Below, one piece after another: positions 13,401 through 22,639 of a DNA stretch of 64,000 nt. How positions within the stretch are numbered: the first letter of the stretch is position 1; every line of letters starts with the position of its first letter. The notes beneath the pieces are model-generated. The model was given only the letters and a program-made list of their open reading frames with translations. It ran no database searches and was not told where the DNA came from. The DNA lies in contig NC_052146.1 of NCBI RefSeq assembly GCF_902713615.1, positions 310,388,335-310,452,334 of the forward strand, in the 5' to 3' direction. This stretch comes from Scyliorhinus canicula (Eukaryota). A program made the position numbers and the translations under genes.

Positions 13401-13735
13401 TATTTGTGGGATCTTGCTCTGCACAAATTCACAGCTGGAGCAGAGCGACCAGAGTCAATACAAATCACATTCCAGCAGCCTGTCAGTACCTTCCAGAGAG
13501 AAAGGCAAAGAAGAAGAAATCATTCGGTTATTAATAATGATACCGTTCGATCTGTTGACAGACATTCTTCCATTCTGTGTGGAAATAAATACTGATCAAT
13601 ATTTCTATTGGATTACAGTCAGGTGAAGGGGAATGCAAATATGCTGAGCTTCGATTCCATTGCCCAGGTACCAGGCAGCCGGCAGTATCACTGACTGAAA
13701 GCACGGCGGAGTATGCTGTTGTTCAACGTTCTTAA
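4451..13735 (+). CDS. Gene B (5' part missing): VJ-type IgSF transmembrane receptor with three cytoplasmic tyrosine motifs; exons 4451-4458, 7000-7150, 8895-8938, 12000-12052, 13619-13735
   Basis: GT-AG exons with phases 1/2/1/0 identical to gene A; spliced product ...VT-KQSSDKNPRTSDVIVLSTGIILAFVVLFCFALLTRYLVKKRLHSAKNSTQ-RIPDEDQNAVYATVG-DKTRSSNQEVQESPPAPL-SGEGECKYAELRFHCPGTRQPAVSLTESTAEYAVVQRS*. Confidence 0.85.
4600..4755. mobile_element. Interspersed repeat fragment (probably LINE-derived); related copies near 13216-13265 and 18370-18480
   Basis: Shared motif gaaggtggtgg.gagctgccttcttgaacc recurs within the window. Confidence 0.55.
5500..5720 (-). mobile_element. Degenerate Ty3/Gypsy pol fragment (RT to RNase H connection)
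   Basis: LLQKHVKLLWSTECQREFE then, after a frameshift, SVLAAPDCSK, resembling the W(S/T)xECQxAF…PVLAxPDF motif. Confidence 0.5.
5890..6610 (+). repeat. About 60-bp minisatellite (ccactcgctgtgtgaatctgtctccaccacactcacagacagaacattccagatcctaa), about 12 copies
   Basis: Tandem units read directly. Confidence 0.9.
7000..7150 (+). CDS. Gene B transmembrane exon (phase 1 to 2)
   Basis: ttttacag acceptor, AAG|gtaaat donor; hydrophobic VIVLSTGIILAFVVLFCFALLT followed by RYLVKKR. Confidence 0.9.
8400..8720 (+). mobile_element. CR1/L2-clade LINE ORF2 3' fragment containing an inverted duplication
   Basis: RGIDYKSREVMLELCRTLVRPQLEYCVRFWSPHYRKDVIALEGVQRRFTRMLPG. Confidence 0.85.
8895..8938 (+). CDS. Gene B cytoplasmic exon 1 (RIPDEDQNAVYATVG)
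   Basis: tttctttag acceptor, G|gtgagt donor; phase 2 to 1; homologous to gene A exon 38318-38370. Confidence 0.85.
9012..9358 (-). mobile_element. tRNA-derived SINE with LINE-type 3' tail (shark HE1-like)
   Basis: A and B boxes (…tggttagc…ggttcgattccc), central core, tail ttctgtgctgtactgttcta; second copy at 23601-23930. Confidence 0.85.
9555..10815 (+). mobile_element. 5'-truncated CR1-clade LINE, RT domain with frameshifts
   Basis: YMDFSKAFD, GVPQGSVLGP and FADD motifs; 3' UTR with tttctttgttctttg tail. Confidence 0.93.
10990..11715 (+). mobile_element. CR1-clade LINE 3' fragments
   Basis: ctaggggtcatagtttgaggata…ttcttcacccagag… and the gaatggcctcctcct 3' UTR. Confidence 0.8.
12000..12052 (+). 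CDS. Gene B cytoplasmic exon 2 (DKTRSSNQEVQESPPAPL)
   Basis: gttttcttttag acceptor, |gtaagg donor; phase 1 to 0 as in gene A exon 35141-35184. Confidence 0.8.
12400..12782. repeat. CA/CT low-complexity tract containing a 168-N gap (12476-12643), in the last intron of gene B
   Basis: Read directly. Confidence 0.9.
13619..13735 (+). CDS. Gene B terminal exon (38 aa plus TAA) with CKYAEL and AEYAVV
   Basis: gattacag acceptor; same length (117 nt) and gap-free colinearity with gene A terminal exon, both tyrosines aligned. Confidence 0.88.
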   Translation, partial: SGEGECKYAELRFHCPGTRQPAVSLTESTAEYAVVQRS

Positions 13736-13869
13736 ACCTCAAAACCAGCAACAATTAACCAGTGGGACAAGCAGCAGTGACCAAAACCTTACCCAATCAC
13801 AATCATCTCTGCCTTTCCTGCACATTTCAACGGCTTCAATCTCTCAACAATATCAGAGCGCGATCGTAA

Positions 13870-15280
13870 ATACCAGACCCTGATATTACTGGGCACACAG
13901 ACCCTCCCAGACCCTGATATTGCTGGGCACTCAGACCCTCCCAGACCCTGATATTACTGGGCACACAGACCCTGATATTACTGGACACACAGACCCTGAT
14001 ATTACTGGGCACACAGACCCTGATATTACTGGACACACAGACCCTGATATTACTGGACACACAGACCCTGATATTACTGGACACACAGACCCTGATATTA
14101 CTGGACACACACACCCTGATATTACTGGACACACAGACCCTAATATTACTGGACACACAGACCCTGATATTACCGGTCACTCAGACCCTGATATTACTGG
14201 ACACACAGACCCTAATATTACTGGGCACACAGACCCTGATATTACTGGGCACTCATACCCTGATATTACTGGACACACAGTCCCTGATATTACTGGACAC
14301 ACAGACCCTGATATTACTGGACACACAGACCCTGATATTACTGGACACACAGTCCCTGATATTACTGGACACTCAGACCCTGATATTACTGGACACACAG
14401 ACCCTGATATTACTGGACACTCACACCCTGATATTACTGGACACTCAGACCGTGATATTACCGGTCACTCAGACCCTGATATTACTGGGCACTCATACCC
14501 TGATATTACTGGACACACAGTCCCTGATATTACTGGACACACAGACCCTGATATTACTGGACACACAGACCCTGATATTACTGGACACACAGTCCCTGAT
14601 ATTACTGGACACTCAGACCCTGATATTACTGGACACACAGACCCTGATATTACTGGGCACACAGGCCCTGATATTACTGGACACTCAGACCGTGATATTA
14701 CCGGTCACTCAGACCCTGATATTACTGGACACACACACCCTGATATTACTGGACACTCAGACCCTGATATTACTGGACACTCAGACCGTGATATTACCGG
14801 TCACTCAGACCCTGATATTACTGGACACACACACCCTGATATTACTGGACACACACACCCTGATATTACTGGACACTCAGACCCTGATATTACTGGACAC
14901 ACACACCCTGATATTACTGGACACACAGTCCCTGATATTACTGGACACACACACCCTGATATTACTGGACACTCAGACCCTGATATTACTGGACACACAC
15001 ACCCTGATATTACTGGACACACACACCCTGATATTACTGGACACTCAGACCCTGATATTACTGGACACTCAGACCCTGATATTACTGGACACACAGTCCC
15101 TGATATTACTGGACACACAGACCCTGACATTACTGGACACACAGACCCTGATATTACTGGACACTCAGACCGTGATATTACCGGTCACTCAGACCCTGAT
15201 ATTACTGGGCACACAGACCCTGATATTGCTGGACACACACACCCTGATATTACTGGACACACAAACCCTGATATTACTGG
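13870..15280 (+). repeat. 24-bp minisatellite (acagaccctgatattactggacac), about 55-58 copies
   Basis: Tandem units; source of the TDPDITGH and QTLILLDT pseudo-ORFs. Confidence 0.95.
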
Positions 15281-16739
15281 AGAGACTGAAATTGCCCAAA
15301 TGTGACACTGGGCTGAGAACATTGTTCATGAAATGAAGTCTGTAATTTGCCTAAGAAGACATTATTTGCTTTGTGAATATTGCTACAACCATTTCTGTCA
15401 TAAAAGCACATTGCATTTATCATTTCCTTTCATTGAGGGAAATATTTGTAACTGTTGGTTTTGCTTTGCAGTATTAAGGACTAATAATTGTGAAATATTG
15501 GTCAGTGACTAATCCTTTCCACTGGGTGTCAGTGTGGATTGTGGAGAGATTGTTGAGGTGTGGATTAGTCTGGGCTCAATCCTAGAGGCCCCGGTGATGG
15601 AGAGAAACCTGTGCTCTGCCTCCTCCTGGATCCCTGGGAAGGGGTTTGAATGGGACACGTTGCTGTGGCGAGTGGCCAGAGATCACTGGAGAATTCAGAG
15701 CCGGACTGGTGTTGGTGACCAATTTGAAATCAGCTGATGATAGCGCCAAGGAGCGCTTGCAGAATGGAATTCAAATGTGGTCAAAGGGCCAATTACCACA
15801 ACCCCAGCACATCAGAGTTGTCTCCTAGGCTCAGCCATCTTCCGCTGCTTCAATAATCACCTGGATCTGTGTCAATAAGGAGGGTATTTGCTAATGATTT
15901 CACACTCTCCCTCCACCCCTGCTAATGAAGAAGCTGATACTGGTCTACAATTAGACCTGGTTAACAGCCATTGATCTGGGGCAACTGGTTCACCTTCTAA
16001 CCCCTCACAGCTTCCTCACAATCTAAAAGGCATGTTAGATGTGCCCTTGAACACTTGCTGCTTGCCTGGGTGGGACAGCCTGCAGCAACATTTGAGAATG
16101 TGGGCAGCGTTGGGGACAGAGCAGTTCACTGGGGGTTGGTGGGGTTTCCATTTCCACCAGCAGCGCACTCTGGTGGCTGATCTACAGGATGCACCGCAGC
16201 AGCTCGCTGAAGGTTATTTGGGCCACACTGCCCTCCCCTGGTTTCTCTACCACCAAGAAACACAGCAGCAGCATCATTGTGGCAACATCTTCAATTCCAA
16301 GTTACCTCCCAGTCACACACCATCCAGATTGTTTACATCAGCCATTCCTTCATCATCCATTCATTGGGATGTGTCACCTATGGGAATATTGGGAATACTG
16401 TCAGTACACAGCCTGCAGTGGGCCCAGTGTCACAGATCACAGATTCACTAGGATTAGGAAAGAAATAAATTCCAGGAATAAAAATACTTGGGATCAATTT
16501 ATTCACATTTTTGGGACAAATATTTTTTGAGAGTTTGATATTAAAATCTTGACTGTATACACAGGAATTATTATATACTGATCAATAAAATGGTGGCAAA
16601 ACTGTTTTGTGTGATTTGCTAGGTTTATTTTTAATTGTTTATTCTTGGCTGGTCTGCAGTGTGAGTTGTTTCTGGAAGTTTTTGCCGGTAATTTCCGATT
16701 GTTTCTCTGACTTTTGTTTGAATTGTTTCTGCATCTCCA

Positions 16740-17335
16740 GCCAGCCAATCAGCAGGATGCATTGGTGACCATCTTTCGGGATTCAATAGACTCCCCAACA
16801 GTTCCTGCAGATTGGAGGGTAGCTCATGTAACTCCCCTATTTAAAAAAGGAGAAAGGGAGAAAACAGGGAATTATAGACCAGGGAGCCTGACGTCAGTAA
16901 TGAGGAAATTTCTCGGATCTATAATCAAAGATTTTATAGCAGAGCAATTAGAAAACTGTGGCAGAGTCAGACAGAGTCAGCATGGATTTGCGAAAGAGAA
17001 ATCTTGCTTGACAAATCGGCCAGAATGTTTCGAGGATGGAGCTAGTAGAGATGACAAGTGGGAGCCTGTGGATGGGGTTTATTTGGATTTTCAGAAGGCT
17101 TTTGGCGAAGTCCCACATAAGAGATTGGTGTAAAATTAAGTTAAATATGGCAACTTGTCAAAGATCTTCTGGAAATGAAAATAAATCACGTCCACTGGTT
17201 CTTCTTTGTCTGTTACATCCTCAAAGAACTCTAACAGATTTGTCAGACATGATCTCCCCTTGACGAAGCCGTGCTGACTCAGTCCTATTTTATCATGCAC
17301 TTCCAAATACTCCGCAATCTCATCTTTAATAATGG
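16740..17335. mobile_element. CR1 LINE ORF2 fragments (plus 16740-17135, minus about 17140-17335)
   Basis: DWRVAHVTPLFKKG…NYRP…QHGF…YLDFQKAF. Confidence 0.85.
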
Positions 17336-17339
17336 ATCC

Positions 17340-18012
17340 TGTCACTGGGGTTGGAAACAGGGCTGGGGGATGATTCTGTTTGGGTGGGCAGTGGGACACA
17401 GGAGCCACATTTTACTGGAGGGCAGCCACTTAATGTGGTCGTTGTCAGGATTGTGATTCTATTAAAGTTAGCAGCCTGCCCGAAAGAGCTACTGACCAAT
17501 CAGAGGGTGGCAGCTCAGCAGTGGCTATTTTTGGGCCTGTGCCTGGAGGATGAGGGCACATCGATGGGCGCCTGCCTTCAATCTCTGAGGACGTGTGGGC
17601 TGGGAAGGCAAGCGCCAATGAGAAGGGGGCTGGTCACCAACAGGAGGCAACACTGTTGTTGTGGGGCAGCCAATTCCCCAGACGACACTCCGCAGGATGC
17701 TCGGATTCCCAAATGGGAAGGCACCTCACATACCCCGCTGGGAGAGCACCAGGGCTGATCTGCCCGTCTCCCCAGGCGATGGTGTGCCCTCCCCAAACAG
17801 TAGAAATGCCCCTGAGGGGAGGAAGCGGCCCTTAATTGGCCAATTAAGTGGTTCATTGGGCTCAAGGTGCAGAGTCCACCTGCTCCCCTTTCCTCCCATT
17901 GGTCAAGGGGCCCGGCAACAGGAAGGCATCAGACCCACCAGCGGAACCCAGCTGCAGACTTTTGCCGGCCTTTCCACCTTGAAGCCAAAGGGCCTGGAAA
18001 ATTCCAGCCTGT
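17340..18012. mobile_element. GC-rich degenerate non-autonomous DNA-transposon-like repeat
   Basis: GC-rich block ending ggaaaattccagcc, similar in style to the termini of the element at 53047-54337; no TSD established. Confidence 0.35.
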
Positions 18013-18759
18013 GAGTGTAAACTGATGGGATCTGCTTTTCCCACTGCGCTCCTGCAGAAGGCCTTGAATCTTTGAGCTGCTAACTCGGGGCCTGAAGCTG
18101 GGGCATGGAGCACTCTGCACTTTGCTCCTTGATACTCACATCTAATCTGATCACAGCATTCACTTCACAAAAGGATTTTCAGAATCGCACTAACATTTAT
18201 AAAAACAGGAATTTCAATGGTGGGGAAGTGGCTGAAACACACAAATGTTGGAAGAATTGGAGGTGGTGTCCACGGACTGTTTAATAGCTCACCACAAGAG
18301 GAAGTGTTTTATTGCAGAAATGTGTCGCTGCAGTTCTCTCCCCACCGTGTTTATTTGATTCTCTCACAGGATGTGGGCATCGCTGGCGAGGGCAGCATTT
18401 ATTGCCCATCCCTAATTGTCCCTGAGAAGGGGGTGGGGAGCTGCCCACTTGAACCGCTGCGATCCCTGTGGTGTCGGTACACCCAGCACCGAATCACACA
18501 ATCACAGAATTATTACCACCCAGAAGGAGGCCATTCGGCCCTTCCTGTCTGAACCAGCTCTGCAAATGAGCATTCTGACTGAGTAACATTCTCCTGCCCC
18601 TTCCCCAGACCCTTTCCCCACAGCTATACTCAAATAAACATTTGTCAAATGAATTGTGAGCCGTGTGCCTGCTCGCTGGGTCTCAGCTTATTATAACCAC
18701 ATTACTGGGCAGCAATGACACACATCCTGCAAACACCCCATTGGGACAGAATTTGACAC

Positions 18760-19890
18760 TGTATGGGGGAGAGGTGGGGGAATGGGAGGGAATGGGGGGA
18801 GGTGGGGGAATGGGGAGGTGGGGGAACGGGGGGAGAGGTGGGGGAATGGGGGGAGGTGGGGGAATGGGGGAGGTGGGGGAATGGGGGGAGGTGGGGGAAT
18901 GGGGGGAGGTGGGGGAATGGGGGGAGGTGGGGGAATGGGGGGAGTTGGGGGAATGTTGGCGAGGTGAGGGAATGGGGGGGAGGTGGGGGAATGGGGGGAG
19001 GTGGGGGAATGGGGGTAAGTGAGGGAATGGGGGAGGTGGGGGGAGGTGGGGGAATGGGGGAGGTGGGGGAATGGGGGGAGGTGGGGGAATGTGGGGGAGG
19101 TGAGGGAATGGGGAGGTGGGGGAATGGGGAGAGGTGGGGGAATGGGGGTGGGGGGATTGGGAGAGGGGAGTGGGGGGAGTTGGGGGAATGGGGGAGAGGT
19201 GGGGAATGGGGGTGAGCTGCGGGGATGGGGGAGCTAGTGGAAAGGGGGGAGGGGGAATGGGAGGGGGAGGTGGGGGATGGGGAGGGGGAAGGTGGGGGAA
19301 TGGGGGTGAGCTGGGGGGATGGGGAGCTAGTGGAAAGGGGGGAGGGGGAATGGGTGGGGGAATGGGGTGGGTAGGTGGGGGAATGGGGGTGAGCTAGGGG
19401 GGTGGGGGGAGCTAGTGGTAAGGGGGGAGGGGGAATGGGAGGGGGGAGGTGGGGGATGGGGAGGGGGAAGGTGGGGGAATGGGGGTGAGCTGGGGGGATA
19501 GGGGGAGCTAGTGGTAAGGGGGGAGGGGGAATGGGAGGGGGGAGGTGGGGGAATGGGAGGGGGAAGGTGGGGGAATGGGGGTGAGCTGGGGGGAATAGGG
19601 GGAGGGCGAATTGGAGGGGGAAGGTGGGGGAATGGGAGGGGGAGGTGGGGGATGGGGAGGGGGAGGTGGGGGATGGGGAGGGGGAAGGTGGGGGAATGGG
19701 GGTGAGCTGGGGGGATGGGGGGAGTAGGGGCAGGGCGAATTGGAGGGGGAAGGTGGGGGAATGGGGGGGAGTTGGGGGAATGGGGGGTAGGTGGGGGAAT
19801 AGGGGTGAGCTTGGGGGATGGGGAGAGCTAGGGGAATGGGGGGGGGGGGAGGGTGAATGGGAGGGGGAAGGTGGGGGAATGGGAGGGGGG
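18760..19890 (+). repeat. G-rich minisatellite/low-complexity tract (gggggaggtgggggaatg)
   Basis: Dense runs of 4-7 G. Confidence 0.95.
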
Positions 19891-20962
19891 GGGGCTCTCT
19901 GCAAGGAGACCAGTGCCTGCTCCTGCATCCAGGGAGGGAGGGAGGGTCTGTAGGCTGGGCTGCAGCACTGGAATCTGTATCTGCTGCTGGGAGAGTGGCT
20001 CTGAGAAACGTTCAATGGCCTCAACCCGTCTGAGTGAGCCTGGAGACTGCCTGCTTTGGGCAGGTGGGTTGTCCTGCCCGCCCCGGATCAAGCCAGATTC
20101 AATAGTGAGTTTCAAAAAGGGGTTTGGAAAACTTCCCCAGGGGAGGAAATTACAGAGCTATGGAAAGAGAGCCAGAGCTGGTGTTAATCATTGATCAATT
20201 ATCCTTAATTGTATGTGAGTGGAGAACATCAATATGGGTTTCATTTGGGTACATACAAACTGGAACTGTGCTGGGATTGAATGAGGAGATGTGTCCTTGT
20301 AATGCTTTACTCTGTAAATAAACGCAAGATTGAAAAGAGGTTAGCCGTCGTTTCAGCCCTCGCCAACTCGCTTTCAGAGTTAGAGCAGTGGGACTCCATG
20401 GATAGCTCTTTCCCAGAGCTCACAGCAGCATCATTGACTGAATGGCCTCTTTGTACTTTACATTGTCCATAGGTTTATCATGTTCTTTAGTTTATCAGAC
20501 AGATTCCGCCAACATTGCCATCGCTCTTTATTTGGCTTCTTGTTCAGTGTAATCAGAACTTTCACACCAAAGTTTGAAATTTCGAACACAGACTCTTTAT
20601 GTGGCCACTGAAAACCATGTCACCATCAGCATTCTGCGGCAAACAGTCCTGAATATCAAGCAAATACCTTATTAAATGTGGACATTCACAGGCGTCCGGG
20701 AAACTCACACATCCCTTTGTTTAAGGATGGACCGTCAACAAAAAGAACACCATCCCAGCCGGTTCATCTTTCTGGTTCACCAAAGACAAAAGACACATCA
20801 AAATTCACTGTGTGTCAGACAATGTGAATGGGTCACCATCAACCTATCATTTTATTGTGATGTCCCTCATCCATACCTAGACTGGATACATTTCAAAGTG
20901 TCAAATAAAGAGCAGTTGCTCGGATGCCGGACAGGAGCTCCAAACACTTCAAGTTGTAAGAC

Positions 20963-21669
20963 TGTGAGGAAAGGGTATTTCACCCCAGGAGTAGTTCCAC
21001 TGACAAATAGGGATATGTTTAGTTAAAACAAACTTTATTATTAAACAACATTAACATCACAGAAAATAACTTACAGTTAACAGTTAATCAATTCTTAACA
21101 AAAAAGGGAAACATTTTAACTTCTGACTGATACCTTCTTCAACTCCAATTAAGGAAAGCCCATTACAGGACAAAAGCCACTTGTAAATAAAGTTAGCAAA
21201 CATGGGGATACTTGCTGTCCTCTGTGTAGAGAGTTGCTTCCAGCAAAGGAGAGACACTTTAAGATGCAAGTTCTTAAGCCTTTTGAGACTCAAAGCTAAA
21301 TTGCCTGCTACAGACCTGGCTCCTCCCCTTAATTACATAATCTCTCTCCCACTAACTGTGTTACCACCATCTCACCAAAGCTAAACACTACCACTCAATT
21401 ATCCAAACCCTAAGGAAACTTATTTCTATGTACTAAAATCCACGATCCCCATATAGGTAAATAATTAAATTTATAATCAAAGATTATACCACTTTTACAA
21501 CATCTTAATTGCACCTTTTGCAGACACAGAGTCTACATCTAAATTAAACCAGGATTTATAAAAAATATTATTGCAACAGAATAATATCCAGCTTAACTCA
21601 GGCCTTTAATAACATTGCTGTAACAGATATAAAAAACAGTCTTTATTAAAAATTGTTACATTCAGCACA
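20963..21669 (-). mobile_element. LTR-like interspersed repeat; diverged second copy at 46136-46785
   Basis: Both copies share tgtgaggaaa…ttcaccccaggagt…ttaaaacaaacttta and end in tacattca.caca; no TSD found. Confidence 0.4.
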
Positions 21670-21993
21670 CTGTTTCGTTTTAAACTTTATAAACATATTA
21701 ACTTTTTCCCAAGTGCTTTAAACAAATCCCTGATTTGAATTCTCTCTCCAAATTGATTTTGTTCTTCTATCTGGTCAGTGAATATTAGAAACACTGAATT
21801 GATTGAGGGTCAGTATTCAGGTCATTGTTTCTCTGGTATGTACAGGACCTGAGTCAGCAGGGTTCAGTAAATCTATAGCAGCCTAACTGAATCTATCAGT
21901 GTAATTAAACACACTGAGGGCCCAGGCTCATGGCCGGGATTTCTAATCAATGATCACGTTCTTGTGTATCAGCACAGATTCATCACATTCACT

Positions 21994-21999
21994 TTTATT
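21994..21999 (-). terminator. Candidate polyadenylation signal AATAAA of gene A
   Basis: TTTATT on plus strand, about 525 nt downstream of the gene A stop codon. Confidence 0.5.
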
Positions 22000-22074
22000 A
22001 ATTCTGCTGCAACAATAGAGGGACTCCGGTGATGTATCCATGGGAAATCAAGTCATAGAAAGCAGGGAGGACCC

Positions 22075-22330
22075 AGTGCTGTGCACTGGCCCCACTATCC
22101 CGGGGACAGGGTCCCAGTGCTGTGCCCTGGCCTCACTATCCCGGGACAGGGTCCCAGTGCTCTGCCCTGGCCTCACTATCCCGGGACAGGGTCCCAGTGC
22201 TGTGCCCTGGCCTCACTATCCCGGGACAGGGTCCCAGTGCTGTGCCCTGGCCTCACTATCCCGGGACTGGGTCCCAGTGCTGTGCCCTGGCCTCACTATC
22301 CCGGGACAGGATCCCAGTGCTGTGCACTGA
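22075..22330 (+). repeat. 40-bp minisatellite (ccgggacagggtcccagtgctgtgccctggcctcactatc), about 6 copies, in the gene A 3' UTR
   Basis: Tandem units. Confidence 0.9.
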
Positions 22331-22522
22331 TCTAACTCTCCTGGGTCTACAGTCCATGAGGAATCAGCCCCATTGGGAGAATTCAATAATAACTGATGTA
22401 AAATGATGCAGAAACTGTTGTGAAGATTTGCAGACTGTCTCTTGCTGTTGGCGATGTTAACTACGGCAAACACAGACCTTCAGCAAAGCAGTTTGAGTTG
22501 TTGAAGAATTGATTTCAAGTTA

Positions 22523-22639
22523 CTAGGCCCGTTTGACGGCAGCGTAAACAGTCGGTTCCTCGACAATCGATGACATTGGGCGGTTGTTTTTCTGACGGAA
22601 GAACTGAATATCGGCGTAAAATAATTCTGCCTCTTCCGG
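22523..22639 (-). CDS. Gene A terminal exon PEEAELFYADIQFFRQKNNRPMSSIVEEPTVYAAVKRA* (ITIM plus ITSM)
   Basis: tgtgtttcag acceptor; phase 0; colinear with gene B terminal exon. Confidence 0.9.
   Translation of the reverse strand, partial: PEEAELFYADIQFFRQKNNRPMSSIVEEPTVYAAVKRA

Noticed and set aside
13435-13595. Alternative gene B last exon (…GAERPESIQ… or LEQSDQ…)
   Set aside because: No tyrosine motifs or homology to gene A; the colinear exon starts at 13619.
13633-13640. Octamer ATGCAAAT
   Set aside because: Falls inside gene B coding sequence (E-C-K-Y codons); coincidence.
13920-15336. 461-aa TDPDITGH repeat ORF as a mucin-like exon
   Set aside because: Two frames are open by unit composition; it lies downstream of gene B's stop codon and has no convincing splice sites.
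16310-16468. ORF with VTYGNI ITIM-like motif followed by AATAAA
   Set aside because: Downstream of gene B's stop codon, weak acceptor, no paralogous match; likely chance.
18702-20024. 440-aa proline-rich ORF
   Set aside because: Reverse complement of a G-rich low-complexity tract.
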